Positions 17,271 through 27,689 of a DNA stretch of 64,000 bases are shown here, in pieces. Positions within the stretch are counted from its first letter, which is position 1; each line of letters starts with the position of its first letter. A model generated the notes under the pieces. It was given only the letters and a program-made list of their open reading frames with translations, did not search any database and had not been told where the DNA came from. The DNA is taken from positions 3,424,001-3,488,000 of the forward strand of contig CBDDPY010000002.1 in NCBI GenBank assembly GCA_965232515.1, read 5' to 3'. A program made the position numbers and the translations under genes. The stretch is from Alphaproteobacteria bacterium. GTDB taxonomy: Bacteria > Pseudomonadota > Alphaproteobacteria > GCA-2731375.

Positions 17271-17396
17271 GCCCTCACCCCAACCCTCTCCCGCAAGCGG
17301 GAGAGGGGGCCGCTGCCGCTGCTGTTTGTTTCCCCTCTCCCGCCTGCGGGAGAGGGAGGGACCCGCGCGACGGTAGTCGCGTGGGAGGGTGAGGGC
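17271..17396. repeat. Alphaproteobacterial palindromic intergenic element (CIR/RIME/BRU-RS-like)
   Basis: Terminal IR GCCCTCACCC...GGGTGAGGGC enclosing two CCCTCTCCCGC-x-GCGGGAGAGGG hairpins. Confidence 0.8.
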
Positions 17397-17416
17397 TGGT
17401 ATTTGTGCTCGCACCA

Positions 17417-18127
17417 TCATCCCCCCAAAAACGCTTCCGCGACCTCGCGGTTGGCGAGGAGGTTGGGGCCGGTGTCGGTGAAGCTGTTCTGGCCGTTGAC
17501 GAGGACGTAGCCGCGGTCGGCGAGCTCAAGCGCGTGGCGGGCATTCTGCTCGACCATGAGGATGGCGATGCCGGCGCGGTTGATCTCGACGATGCGCTCG
17601 AAGATCTGCTCGACGAAGGCCGGCGCCAGCCCGGCCGTCGGCTCGTCGAGCAGCAGGAGGCGCGGGTCGAGCATCATGGCGCGGCCCATGGCGACCATCT
17701 GCCGCTGGCCGCCGGAGAGCAGGCCCGCCGCCTGGCGGCGCTTGTCGCGGAGCGGCGGGAACACCTCGTAGACACGGGCGAGCTGTTCGGAAATGTCGCC
17801 CGCGCGGATATAGGCGCCCATCTCCAGGTTCTCGTGCACGGTCAGGTTGGGAAAGACATTGCGCTCCTGCGGCACGTAGGCGAGGCCGAGGCGGGCGACG
17901 CGGTCCGGCGACAGGTTGGTGATGTCCTGGCCGTCCCAGGTGACGGCGCCCTCGCGGATCTGCACCAGGCCGAAGACGGCCTTCATGGCCGTCGACTTGC
18001 CGGCGCCGTTGGGGCCAATGATGACGACGATCTCGTCCGGGTTCACGGCGAGGTCGATGCCATTCAGGATGTCGGCGCCGCCATAGCCGCCGTAGACGTC
18101 GCTCGCCTGCAACAGCGCCGCCGTCAT
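17417..18127 (-). CDS. livF: Branched-chain amino acid ABC ATPase (LivF-like)
   Basis: GPNGAGKST, LSGGQRQM, LLLDEPTAGLAP, VEQNA. Start MTAALL at 18127. Confidence 0.93.
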   Translation of the reverse strand: MTAALLQASDVYGGYGGADILNGIDLAVNPDEIVVIIGPNGAGKSTAMKAVFGLVQIREGAVTWDGQDITNLSPDRVARLGLAYVPQERNVFPNLTVHENLEMGAYIRAGDISEQLARVYEVFPPLRDKRRQAAGLLSGGQRQMVAMGRAMMLDPRLLLLDEPTAGLAPAFVEQIFERIVEINRAGIAILMVEQNARHALELADRGYVLVNGQNSFTDTGPNLLANREVAEAFLGG

Positions 18128-18909
18128 GCGCTGGCCCGCCGGTCGGCCGCGCCGCCGAAATAGGCCTCGATCACGGCGGGGTCCTTGCGGATGTCGGCCA
18201 TATGGCCCTGGGTCAGCACGCTGCCGTGCGCCATCACCACGACGGGATCGCACAACTCGGCAATCAGGTCCATGTCGTGCTCGATGATGCAGAAGGTATA
18301 GCCGTGCTCGCGGTTGAGGCGCTGGATGTCGGCGCAGAGCTTGGCCAGGAGGGTTCGATTGACGCCGGCGCCGGGCTCGTCCAGCAGAACCGTGCTGGCG
18401 CCGGACATCATGGCGCGGCCGAGCTCGAGCAGCTTCTTCTGGCCGCCCGAGAGCTCGCCGGCGAGCGCATCGCGGACATGCGAGAGATTGAGGAAATCGA
18501 GCACGTCCTCGGCCCGCCGGCGCACGTCCGCCTCCTCGCGCCTGATGCGGCCCCAGGCGAACCAGGACTGGACCAGGCTCTCGCCGGTCTGGCCGCCGGG
18601 CACGACGAGCAGGTTCTCCAGCACGGTCATGGCCGAGAACTCGTGCGGAATCTGGAAGGTGCGCACCAGGCCCAGGTCGAACAGGCGCTCCGGCGCCATG
18701 CCGGTGATGTCGCGGTCATCGAGCCGGATGCGCCCGGCTTCGGGCCGGAAAACGCCGGCGATGGTGTTGAACAATGTGGTCTTGCCGGCGCCGTTTGGGC
18801 CGATCAGGCCGGTGATACTGCCCTTCTCGACCCGGAACGAGCAGTCGTTAACGGCCTGGATGCCGCCGAAGCTTTTCGAGACATGCTCGATGGCGATCGA
18901 CGCGCCCAT
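18124..18909 (-). CDS. livG: Branched-chain amino acid ABC ATPase (LivG-like)
   Basis: GLIGPNGAGKTT, RTFQ, LSGGQKKLLE, LLDEPGAGVN, IEHDM, VIEAYFG. Confidence 0.93.
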   Translation of the reverse strand: MGASIAIEHVSKSFGGIQAVNDCSFRVEKGSITGLIGPNGAGKTTLFNTIAGVFRPEAGRIRLDDRDITGMAPERLFDLGLVRTFQIPHEFSAMTVLENLLVVPGGQTGESLVQSWFAWGRIRREEADVRRRAEDVLDFLNLSHVRDALAGELSGGQKKLLELGRAMMSGASTVLLDEPGAGVNRTLLAKLCADIQRLNREHGYTFCIIEHDMDLIAELCDPVVVMAHGSVLTQGHMADIRKDPAVIEAYFGGAADRRASA

Positions 18910-18910
18910 T

Positions 18911-20011
18911 TCAGACCAAGAACCCGGTCAGCGCCGCGATTACCGCGTCGTTGTCAGCCGGCAAGCCGATGGTGATGCGAAGGTAATCCTCGAGGCCGTA
19001 ATCGTCGACGCCCCGAACGCGTATGCCGTTGTCGGCGAGATGCGCCTTGGCGGCACCGGCGCGGTGGTTGCCGGTCTGCGGGAAGCGGACCATAACGAAG
19101 TTGGTGACGCTGGGCACGGTCTCGAGACCGAGGCCGGCGAGCGCGGCACAGAGCCTATCACGCTCGACCGCGGTGTCGGCGGCGACGCGCTTGACGAAGT
19201 CAGGATCCGCCAGCGCGGCGACCGCGGCGGCCTGGGCCAGCGCGTTGATGTTGCCGATGGCGCGCATGCGGTTGATGGTGGCCGCCATGGACGGCGCGCA
19301 ATGTCCCCAGCCAACCCGGAGCGCGGCCAGGCCCCAGGCCTTGGAGAAGGTGCGGGTGACGATGACGTTCTCATGGCCGGCGACGAACTCGTGACCGGCG
19401 GTATAGTCCGGCAGGTCGACGAAGTCGGCATAGGCCGAGTCGATTACCAACACCACGTCGGCCGGCAGGCCGTCGCGCAGGCGCTCGACCTCGGCGGCGG
19501 GCACGTATCGGCCACACGGATTATTGGGGTTGTCGAGGAAGACGATTTTCGTGCGCGGCGTGACGCGGGCGAGCAACGCGTCGACATCGACCCTGAGATC
19601 GCGCATGGGCGCGGTGACGGGCGTGGCGCCGACCCGCTTGGCGACGATGGGGAATTGCAGAAAGCCGTAATCGGCGAACAGGATCTCGTCGCCAGGCCGG
19701 GCGTAGAGGCGGCCGACGAGATCGAGGATCTCCTCGGAGCCGTTGCCGCAGACGAGCGTGTCGGGGTCGAGATCGAAGGCGCGGCCGATGGCGGCGCGCA
19801 GGTCGGTGCTGGCGGGATCGGGATAGCGGTGCAGGCGCTCGGCCCGGGTCTGCGCCGCGGCGACGGCCAGTGGGCTGACGCCGAAGGCGGATTCGTTCAG
19901 CGACAGGTCGATGACCGGCGGCGCGCCGGTGGCGGCGCCGACGACGGTGAGGCCCGAGTCGGGGATGTAAGGCTGCGGACGCGTTTGTTCGCGGCGGGCT
20001 TTCAGCGGCAT
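18911..20011 (-). CDS. Histidinol-phosphate aminotransferase-like class I/II aminotransferase
   Basis: LSLNES, RYPD, GNGSEE, DNPNNPCG, DSAYADF, RTFSKAWGLAALRVG. Confidence 0.88.
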   Translation of the reverse strand: MPLKARREQTRPQPYIPDSGLTVVGAATGAPPVIDLSLNESAFGVSPLAVAAAQTRAERLHRYPDPASTDLRAAIGRAFDLDPDTLVCGNGSEEILDLVGRLYARPGDEILFADYGFLQFPIVAKRVGATPVTAPMRDLRVDVDALLARVTPRTKIVFLDNPNNPCGRYVPAAEVERLRDGLPADVVLVIDSAYADFVDLPDYTAGHEFVAGHENVIVTRTFSKAWGLAALRVGWGHCAPSMAATINRMRAIGNINALAQAAAVAALADPDFVKRVAADTAVERDRLCAALAGLGLETVPSVTNFVMVRFPQTGNHRAGAAKAHLADNGIRVRGVDDYGLEDYLRITIGLPADNDAVIAALTGFLV

Positions 20012-20029
20012 CGTTCGGACATCGTTACC

Positions 20030-21535
20030 TTACGCGGCGGACGTACCGGGCGGCGCGTTCCAATCGAGGGGATAGATCGGGCGACGCAGGTTCTTGAACG
20101 GGAACAGGCTGTAGTCGGAGCTGCAGACGCCGGGGCCGGCGATCAGCACGATGTGCTTGGCGATCGGTTCGAAGCCGGCGCGAAAATGCTGCCGCGACTT
20201 GATCAACACGTATTTCTTTTTTGCTGGATCGATGCCGGCGTGGGTGAAGCAGCCCGTGTCGAACGGCTCGAAGCGGTCTTCCGAGACGACGATCTGGACC
20301 GGGCCTGTGTCGAGAACGGCGGTGCGGCCCATGTTGATCATGGTGCCGGTGGCCATGGGACCGGTGATGCGGAAACGGCCGTCGGTGATGCAGCGCACCC
20401 GGCCGGTCACGTCCAGCGGCCGACCCTGCAGTTCCAGCGCCGGCATATCGGTCTTGCCGCCGAGCTGCAGCGTCACCTCGGCGCCGACGCCGGCCTCGAT
20501 CATTTGCGCCACCGACGCCGGGTCCCAGATCGGGCCGGCGGCGACGTCCTCGAGACCCTGGCGCATGACCTCTTCCAGCACCTCCATGACGTCCTGGTTA
20601 CCGCCGGCGCCGCAATTGTCGCCGTGGTCGACGAGGATCACCGGGCCGTCGTCCAGCGCCTTCGCCTTGGCGATGGAGTCGGCCATGGGCTCGATCTCGA
20701 AGATGAAGTCTTCGCGGCGCTGCCAGGCGAGCTCCATCATGCGGTCGATCAGATGCTCGGCCGAATCGCCGGCGCCGTCGGCGACGACCACGGCGCTGAC
20801 GCCCACGTGCGGAATGTCGGCGAGCGGGAAACCGCCGAAGACGGATGCGTTCAATACCTGACGACCGGCTTCCGCCGCCATGGCCATGTCCATGATGTCC
20901 TTCATGGGCTGGCTCGCCGGGGTCTGGCGCAGCATGTGCGTCAGCATCGGCCGCGAGCGCCAGAGCGTGACCGGCTTGATCTCGCCCTTGAGCATCCGCA
21001 TCAACGTGCGGCCGGCGCGCTTGCCGGTCTCGTACATGTCGACATGCGGATAGGTGCAATAGCCCGTGATCACGTCGGCATTGTCGACCATGGTCTGGGT
21101 CAGATTGGTGTGGAAATCGAGCGCCACGGCGACCGGCAGGCCGGGCGCGATCTCGCGGATGCGGCGCAGCAGCTCGCCCTCGCCGTCGTCATATTCCTCG
21201 GCCACCATGGCGCCGTGCAGATCAAGCAGCACAGCGTCGCAGCCGGCGGCCACGGCCTCGCAGATCGCCGTCGCCATGGTCTCGAAGGCCTCGGATGTCA
21301 CCGGGCCGCTGGGCGAGGCGTTCGCCGCCATGGGCAGCACGATCTCGGCATTTTCCGCTTCGGCGATGTCGATGAAGGCGGCGATCGGGTTGTTGGTGCC
21401 GCGATAGGCCGCGATGGCGCGGTCGCCGCTGACCGGTCCGCCGCCGGGTCCGCCGCGGCCGAACGACGTCAACGGCGTGGGCAGCGGCGAAAACGTGTTG
21501 GTTTCGTGCCGCATCATGGCAATGACGAAACGCAT
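20030..21535 (-). CDS. M81-family metallopeptidase (MlrC-like)
   Basis: HETNTFS, LDLHGAMV, DGEGELL, LDFHTN, YPHVD, DHGDNCGAG, KSRQHFRAGF, RPIYPLD. Confidence 0.92.
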   Translation of the reverse strand: MRFVIAMMRHETNTFSPLPTPLTSFGRGGPGGGPVSGDRAIAAYRGTNNPIAAFIDIAEAENAEIVLPMAANASPSGPVTSEAFETMATAICEAVAAGCDAVLLDLHGAMVAEEYDDGEGELLRRIREIAPGLPVAVALDFHTNLTQTMVDNADVITGYCTYPHVDMYETGKRAGRTLMRMLKGEIKPVTLWRSRPMLTHMLRQTPASQPMKDIMDMAMAAEAGRQVLNASVFGGFPLADIPHVGVSAVVVADGAGDSAEHLIDRMMELAWQRREDFIFEIEPMADSIAKAKALDDGPVILVDHGDNCGAGGNQDVMEVLEEVMRQGLEDVAAGPIWDPASVAQMIEAGVGAEVTLQLGGKTDMPALELQGRPLDVTGRVRCITDGRFRITGPMATGTMINMGRTAVLDTGPVQIVVSEDRFEPFDTGCFTHAGIDPAKKKYVLIKSRQHFRAGFEPIAKHIVLIAGPGVCSSDYSLFPFKNLRRPIYPLDWNAPPGTSAA

Positions 21536-21572
21536 TCGGAAGCAATCCCCTGTCGTTGGCGTTCTTGTTCGT

Positions 21573-22598
21573 TTACTCGGCCGCGGCCATGCGCTGGTGC
21601 GGTGCGACGCCATCATCGCCGACCAGATGGCAGGCGACCGTATGGCCAGTGTCGATTTCGCGCAAGGGTGGCGTTTGGGCGAGACACTGGGCCTCCGCGA
21701 ACGGGCACCGCGAGGCGAAGCGGCAGCCCTCGGGTGGATCGATGGGGCTGGGCGGATCGCCCGTCAACCGGATACGGTCTTCCCGAGCTTCGCTGGAGAT
21801 TCGCGCCGACGGCACGGCCGAGAGCAACGCCCAGGTATAGGGATGCAGCGGCCGCTTGAAGAGCGAGATCCGGTCCGCGCGCTCGACGATGCGGCCGAGA
21901 TACATCACCGCGACCTCGTCGCACATGTACTGCACGACGCCGAGATCGTGCGAGATGAACAGATACGTCAAGCCGAACTCGCCTTGCAGGCGACGCAGCA
22001 GGTTCAGGATCTGGGCCTGGATCGCCACGTCGAGCGCCGAGACCGGTTCGTCGCAGACGATCAGCTCGGGCTGGCTGGCGAGCGCACGGGCAATGCCGAT
22101 GCGCTGGCGTTGACCGCCGGAGAACTGGTGCGGGAACAGCGCCCGCTGCTCGGGCCTGAGTCCGACGTGCCGGAACAGTTCGGCCACCCGGTCGTCGCGC
22201 TCGGCCGGCTTGCCGACGCGCATCAGGTCGAGCGGCGCGCGGACGATGGCACCGGCCCGCTCGCGCGGGTTCAGCGACGAGTACGGGTCCTGGAAGATGA
22301 TCTGCATGCGTCGGCGCAACAGGCGCAGCGTTTCGCCCTCGGCCGCCGTCACGTCGTCGTCGCCGAGCGCGATGTCGCCCTCGGTGACCGGCACCAGGCG
22401 CATGACGGCGAGCGCCGTCGTGGTCTTGCCGGAGCCGCTCTCGCCAACAAGGCCGAAGGTGGTGCCGCGCCGGACGTCGAAGCTGACGCCATCGACGGCG
22501 TGCACCCGGGGCTGCGCGGCGAGCGGATGCGGGCGGCGCTGGCTGAAATGCACCTTGAGGTCGCGCACTTGCAGCAGCGCGCCGTCCGTCGTTGTCAT
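21573..22598 (-). CDS. Oligopeptide/dipeptide ABC ATPase (DppF/OppF-like)
   Basis: [50 protein letters not shown]. Confidence 0.93.
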   Translation of the reverse strand: MTTTDGALLQVRDLKVHFSQRRPHPLAAQPRVHAVDGVSFDVRRGTTFGLVGESGSGKTTTALAVMRLVPVTEGDIALGDDDVTAAEGETLRLLRRRMQIIFQDPYSSLNPRERAGAIVRAPLDLMRVGKPAERDDRVAELFRHVGLRPEQRALFPHQFSGGQRQRIGIARALASQPELIVCDEPVSALDVAIQAQILNLLRRLQGEFGLTYLFISHDLGVVQYMCDEVAVMYLGRIVERADRISLFKRPLHPYTWALLSAVPSARISSEAREDRIRLTGDPPSPIDPPEGCRFASRCPFAEAQCLAQTPPLREIDTGHTVACHLVGDDGVAPHQRMAAAE

Positions 22599-23602
22599 GC
22601 CGGCACCGCCTGGTCCTGGTGCAGCAGCCAGCAGGCCGCGTGATGGCCGGCGGCCACGGTGGCTTGCCCCGGCATCGCCTCGCCGCAGCGCGGTATGGCA
22701 TGGGCGCAACGCGGGGCGAACGGACAGCCGGCGCCGAGCTGGGTCATGGCCGGCACGACGCCGGGGATCTCCATCAGCGGCGGGCGCTCGATGGGGGGGT
22801 CGGCCATGAGATGCGGCACGCAGGCAATCAGGCCTTGCGTATAGGGATGGCCGGGGTTGGAGAGAATTTCGGCGACGGGGCCGTCCTCGACCTTCCGTCC
22901 GGCATACATGACGACGACCCGGTCGGCCATCTCGGCGATCGCGCCCATGTCGTGGGTGATCAGGATGATCGCCGTGCCGGTCCGTTCCTGCAGCGCGCGC
23001 AGGAGATCGAAGATCTGCGCCTGCACGGTGACGTCAAGCGCCGTCGTCGGCTCGTCGGCGATCAGCAGCTTGGGCCGGCAGGCGAGCGCCATGGCGATCA
23101 TCACCCGCTGACGCATGCCGCCCGAAAGCTGGTGCGGGTATTCGCGCACGCGGGTCTCCGGCGCCGGGATGGAGACGGCGCGCAGCATCTCGACCGCCCG
23201 CGCCTCGGCCTCGCGGCGGCCCAGGCCCTCGTGCAGGCGCACGGTTTCGGCGATCTGCTCGCCGACGGTGAAGACCGGGTTCAGCGAGGTCATCGGCTCC
23301 TGAAAGATCATCGAGATGTCGTTGCCGCGGATCTCGCGCATGCGGACGATGTCGGCCGCGGTCAGGTCCTCGCCATCGAGCGCCACCCGGCCGCCGGCGA
23401 TGCGGCCCGGCGGCTCGGGCACCAGGCGCATGATGGCGAGCGCCGTCATGCTCTTGCCGCAGCCGGATTCGCCGACGATGCCCAGCGTCTCGCCGGCCTT
23501 GATGTCGAAGGCGAGGTCGTCGATCACGCGGGCGATGCCATCGCGGGTGTCGAACTCGACCCGCAGGTCGGAGACCGAGAGCAACGGCGCGCCGGTGCTC
23601 AT
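22595..23602 (-). CDS. Oligopeptide/dipeptide ABC ATPase (DppD/OppD-like)
   Basis: [43 protein letters not shown]. Confidence 0.93.
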   Translation of the reverse strand: MSTGAPLLSVSDLRVEFDTRDGIARVIDDLAFDIKAGETLGIVGESGCGKSMTALAIMRLVPEPPGRIAGGRVALDGEDLTAADIVRMREIRGNDISMIFQEPMTSLNPVFTVGEQIAETVRLHEGLGRREAEARAVEMLRAVSIPAPETRVREYPHQLSGGMRQRVMIAMALACRPKLLIADEPTTALDVTVQAQIFDLLRALQERTGTAIILITHDMGAIAEMADRVVVMYAGRKVEDGPVAEILSNPGHPYTQGLIACVPHLMADPPIERPPLMEIPGVVPAMTQLGAGCPFAPRCAHAIPRCGEAMPGQATVAAGHHAACWLLHQDQAVPA

Positions 23603-24507
23603 CGCTGCCTCAGCTTGGGGTTCAGCGCGTCGTTCAGGCCGTCGCCGATCAGGCTGACCGACAGCACGGTGAAGAAGATCGCCACGCCCGGCCAGGTGAC
23701 GGCCCACCAGGCGTCGAGGATGAACGGTCGGTTCGAGCCGATGAGATAGCCCCAGCTCATGACATTGGGGTCGCTGAGGCCGAGAAAGCTCAAGCCCGCC
23801 TCGAACAGGATGGCGACGCCGACCGACAGCGCCGCCGTGACGATCAGCGGCGGCGCGGCGTTCGGCAGGATCACCAGCCAGATGATGCGGCTGTGCCGGG
23901 CGCCGATGGCGCGGGCCGACTTGACGTATTCCAGCTCGCGGATGCGCAGGAACTCGGCCCGGGCGAGGCGCGCAACGCCGGTCCAGGAGACGACGCCGAT
24001 GGCGATGGCGATGGTCGTTAGCGACGGCGAGAACAGCATCACCAGCACCATCGCCAGCAGCAGCGGCGGCAGCACCTGGAAGAATTCGGTGATGCGCATC
24101 AGCACGCTCTCGACCCAGCCGCGGTAGTAGCCGGCAAGCGCGCCGATGGTGAGGCCGATGACCAGCGTGATCAGCGCCGCCGCGGCGCCGACGGCAAGCG
24201 TCGCCCGGCCGCCATAGATGATGCCGGCGACGAGATCGCGCCCGAGATAGTCGGTACCGAGCAGGAAGCCCTCGGTGCCCGGCGGCGACAGCGGCGCCCA
24301 GACGATGTCGAAGGGGTCGACCTGGTAAATCAACGGACCGAGTAGGCTGGTGGCGACGACCAGGCCGAGGATCACCAGGCCGACGATGGCGGCGCCGTTC
24401 TTGATGAACATGCGCCAGGCCTCGCGGGCCGGGCTTTCGACCTTGAGGCTGAAATCGAGGCCGTCGTCCGTGGTCACGCCGCCGTCGCTGAGCGCCTTGT
24501 CCGTCAT
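23599..24507 (-). CDS. Peptide ABC permease (DppC-like)
   Basis: [23 protein letters not shown] loop, EAGLSFLGL. Confidence 0.92.
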   Translation of the reverse strand: MTDKALSDGGVTTDDGLDFSLKVESPAREAWRMFIKNGAAIVGLVILGLVVATSLLGPLIYQVDPFDIVWAPLSPPGTEGFLLGTDYLGRDLVAGIIYGGRATLAVGAAAALITLVIGLTIGALAGYYRGWVESVLMRITEFFQVLPPLLLAMVLVMLFSPSLTTIAIAIGVVSWTGVARLARAEFLRIRELEYVKSARAIGARHSRIIWLVILPNAAPPLIVTAALSVGVAILFEAGLSFLGLSDPNVMSWGYLIGSNRPFILDAWWAVTWPGVAIFFTVLSVSLIGDGLNDALNPKLRQR

Positions 24508-25490
24508 CCCTGCGCCCCCGTCTTGATGCGCGGATCGATCAGCCGGTAGGAGAGATCGGTCAGGATGTTGGCGACGATCACGATCAGCGCCGAGAAGAAC
24601 AGAATGCCCAGCAGCGTCGGCGAATCCCGGCGCAGGATGGAATCGAAGGCAAGGCTGCCAAGGCCTGGCCAGTTGAACACGGTTTCGACCAGCACCGCGC
24701 CGGAGAAGAGCTGGCTGAACTGCAGGCCCGCGAAGGTCACGACCGGCAGCACGGCGTTTCGCAGCGCGTGCTTGTAGACGACCAGGAACTCGCTCAGGCC
24801 CTTGGCGCGGGCGGTGCGGATATAGTCGCTGCCGAGCACGTCGAGCATGCTCGCCCGCGCGAGCCGGCTGTAGATCGCCAGGTAAATCGTCGACAGCGTC
24901 ACCACCGGCAGCACCAGATGGTGCAGCACGTCGAGGAAATAGGCCCAGCCGCCACGGCCCAGACTGCTGACGTCATACATGCCGGAGACCGGGAAGAGCG
25001 GAATCCAGGACGCGAACAGGATCAGCAGCATGATGCCGGTCCAGAACACCGGCGCGGCATAGCCGAACAACGCCAGCACCGTGACGATGTGGCTGAGCAG
25101 GCCGTTCGGCTTGCGCGCGGCGATGACGCCCAAAAGCGTGCCGACCAGCACCGCCAGCAGCAGCGAGGTCGCGACCAGGATGATGGTCGGCATGATGCGG
25201 CCGACGATCAGCTCGGTCACCGGCCGGTCGAAGAAGAAGGAGTAGCCGAGGTCGCCCTGCACGACGCGGCCGAGATAGACCAGGAGCTGCTCGTGGAACG
25301 GCTTGTCCAACCCGTAGGTGGCCCGGATCGAGGCCATCATCTCCTCGGTGGCGCCGCCCATCTCGCCGGCGATGACCTCGGCCGGATCGCCGGGCGCCAT
25401 GTGGATCAGGCTGAAATTCAGCACGATCACGGCGAGCAGCAGGATCACGCCCCACATGATCCGCTGGCCGACGCCGCTCAGCGTCTGCAT
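24504..25490 (-). CDS. Peptide ABC permease (DppB-like)
   Basis: [40 protein letters not shown]. Confidence 0.92.
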   Translation of the reverse strand: MQTLSGVGQRIMWGVILLLAVIVLNFSLIHMAPGDPAEVIAGEMGGATEEMMASIRATYGLDKPFHEQLLVYLGRVVQGDLGYSFFFDRPVTELIVGRIMPTIILVATSLLLAVLVGTLLGVIAARKPNGLLSHIVTVLALFGYAAPVFWTGIMLLILFASWIPLFPVSGMYDVSSLGRGGWAYFLDVLHHLVLPVVTLSTIYLAIYSRLARASMLDVLGSDYIRTARAKGLSEFLVVYKHALRNAVLPVVTFAGLQFSQLFSGAVLVETVFNWPGLGSLAFDSILRRDSPTLLGILFFSALIVIVANILTDLSYRLIDPRIKTGAQG

Positions 25491-25508
25491 GACGTCCTGC
25501 CGCTAGCG

Positions 25509-25540
25509 CCTTCTCCCCCCAACGCGTTGGAGGGAGAAGG
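25509..25540. repeat. Short palindrome CCTTCTCCC...GGGAGAAGG (CIR-like half element or mRNA-stabilising hairpin)
   Basis: Hairpin between the dppA-like and dppB-like genes. Resembles the hairpins of the element at 17271. Confidence 0.5.
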
Positions 25541-25588
25541 ATAAGTGAACTGGCGGCCCACCCGCGCCCGCATCGCCGGCGGCCGGCG

Positions 25589-27184
25589 TCAGTTCGGCTG
25601 CTTCTTCCAGTAGACCTCGTCGAGCGGCGACATGGCGCCCCAGATCGTCGTCGGCGCGTTGCCGATGTCCTGGCTGTAGACCGTGCGGTAGGGCAGCGTG
25701 TTGAGCCAGTAGATCGGCAGGTCCTCGGCCACCTGTTTCTGGAAAGCGACGTAGTGCGCCCGGCGGGTGTCGAGATCGCTCTCGAGCCCGGCCTTTTCGA
25801 GCAGCGCGTCGATATCCGGATTGCTGTAGCTCTGGGTGTTCGACCAGATCACGCCCTTGCGGATGTTGCTGCTGAGATAGGTGCGGTGCACGCCGATCAC
25901 CGGATCGCCCCAGTTGAAGACGATGTCCATGGTCATGTCGAACTCGTGACTGGAGACGCGCTTGGCCCAGGTCGGGAAGTCCGGCGAGTTGCGCACCTGC
26001 ACGTCGATGCCGACCTTCTTGAGCTGCGGCTTCAAATACTCGGCAATCGCCTTCTGCTGCTCGGGCACGGCCGGGATGTGATCGACCTCGAGCGTGAAGC
26101 GGATACCGTCCGAATTGGCCGGATGGCCGGCCTCGTCCAAGAGCGCCTTCGCTTTGTCGAGGTCGACGTCGTAGCGCGCGACCTCGTCGGTATAGAACGG
26201 GCTGCCCGGCGCGATCGGACCGGTCGCCGCCTTCGACATGCCGCGGTGCAGGGCGTTGATGATGAAGTTGCGGTCGACGGCATAGGCGATGGCCTGGCGC
26301 ACGCGCACGTCGTCGAGCGGCGGCTTTTGCGTGTTGAAGGCGAGCCAGGTGATGGCGCCGACGGCGGCGTAGCCATCTTCCTCGACGACCAGGTCCTTGG
26401 CCTTCTCGAAGCGCAGGATGTCGCGCGAGTCGATGACGAAGGGATACATGTGGCCCTCGCCCTGCTCCATCGCGATCACGCGGCTGCTGGCGTCCTTGAC
26501 GATCTTGATGATGATGCGGTCGAGATAGGGCCGGTCTTTGATGAAGTAGTCGTCGTTGCGCTCGAGGATGATGTATTCGCCCTGCTTGTACTCGACGAAC
26601 TTGAAGGCGCCCGAGCCGACCACGTCCTGGCCGTTGCGGGGATGCGACTTCGGGTCCTGGCCGTCACCGTAAACATGCTTCGGAATGATCGGCAGCAGCG
26701 CCGACGACATCGCCAGCAGCGCGGCGGGATGCGGCTGCGTGAAATGCAGCACGGCGGTGTGCGGATCCGGCGTATCGACGCGGTCGATGCTGCCGTACAT
26801 GGACTTGAAGGGATGGTTCGCCTTCACGGTCTCGACGGAAAACGCGACGTCTTCCGAGGTCACCGGCTTGCCGTCGTGGAAGCGCGCATCCTCGACCAGA
26901 TTGAGGGTAATGGAGAGGCCATCGTCGGCGACCGACCAGCTCTTGGCGAGATAGGGCTGCGGCTTCCAGTCGGCATCGAACCGCAATGGCGTCGCGAAGA
27001 TCTGGGTGCCCGGAATGGCCGTCGCGGTGCCCGACTGCACGGCCGGATTGAAGTGCCGCGGCACCTGGCTGGAAATGATCACCATGGTACCGCCGGGCTT
27101 GCCCGGCTCCGCCGCCGAAACGGCACCCGCCGCGACGGAAACGAACGTTAATGCCCCCAACAATGCCGTCGTGAAAGTTTTCAT
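25589..27184 (-). CDS. Peptide/nickel-family ABC substrate-binding protein (DppA-like)
   Basis: Signal peptide, PYLAKSW, FHDGKPVTSEDVAFS, VGSGAFKF, VRQAIAYAVDR. Confidence 0.93.
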   Translation of the reverse strand: MKTFTTALLGALTFVSVAAGAVSAAEPGKPGGTMVIISSQVPRHFNPAVQSGTATAIPGTQIFATPLRFDADWKPQPYLAKSWSVADDGLSITLNLVEDARFHDGKPVTSEDVAFSVETVKANHPFKSMYGSIDRVDTPDPHTAVLHFTQPHPAALLAMSSALLPIIPKHVYGDGQDPKSHPRNGQDVVGSGAFKFVEYKQGEYIILERNDDYFIKDRPYLDRIIIKIVKDASSRVIAMEQGEGHMYPFVIDSRDILRFEKAKDLVVEEDGYAAVGAITWLAFNTQKPPLDDVRVRQAIAYAVDRNFIINALHRGMSKAATGPIAPGSPFYTDEVARYDVDLDKAKALLDEAGHPANSDGIRFTLEVDHIPAVPEQQKAIAEYLKPQLKKVGIDVQVRNSPDFPTWAKRVSSHEFDMTMDIVFNWGDPVIGVHRTYLSSNIRKGVIWSNTQSYSNPDIDALLEKAGLESDLDTRRAHYVAFQKQVAEDLPIYWLNTLPYRTVYSQDIGNAPTTIWGAMSPLDEVYWKKQPN

Positions 27185-27325
27185 GAGCCTCTCCCCTGTC
27201 TGCCGGCGTCACGACCGATTTGATTTTGATTTGAATGGCTTCGGTACGGCCGACACGGGAAGTCTAGACCAGCCCCGACAACGGCGTCACGCTAAAGCGG
27301 TCCTTGGCGAATTGGGGAGAATGGG

Positions 27326-27556
27326 ATGGCGAAGCGGTATCCGTTGCCGAAACGGTTCAATGCGGCGTTGAGCGAAACGGCCTATGCCCGGCTCAGGGAC
27401 TTGAACGCGAAGTGGCATCTCGGCAACAACTACCTGCTGGTCGTGCTGTTGGAAAACCTCGACAGATATGCCGACGCGGACGCATTGGACCGGGCGTTCG
27501 AAGAATTTATCGCCGAATACGGCGCCCCATCCGGTCCGGCGAAACCCGAGGCGTAA
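27326..27556 (+). CDS. Small hypothetical protein (76 aa)
   Basis: GGGGAG RBS, protein-like composition, fills the intergenic space divergent from dppA. Confidence 0.65.
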   Translation: MAKRYPLPKRFNAALSETAYARLRDLNAKWHLGNNYLLVVLLENLDRYADADALDRAFEEFIAEYGAPSGPAKPEA

Positions 27557-27689
27557 CATCGGCGGCTCGAACGGCATCAAAGCAGCGATGTGTCGGCGCA
27601 TTTGCCGCACGGCGAATTTGCTCACAGAATAAGCGCACTAGATTCCTGGTATTCGAAAATGAGTCTGTCGTGGATGGGGGCGTCGGACG

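Noticed and set aside
18314-21859. 1181-aa plus-strand ORF
   Set aside because: Antisense to livG, the aminotransferase, the M81 peptidase and dppF. No domain signal.
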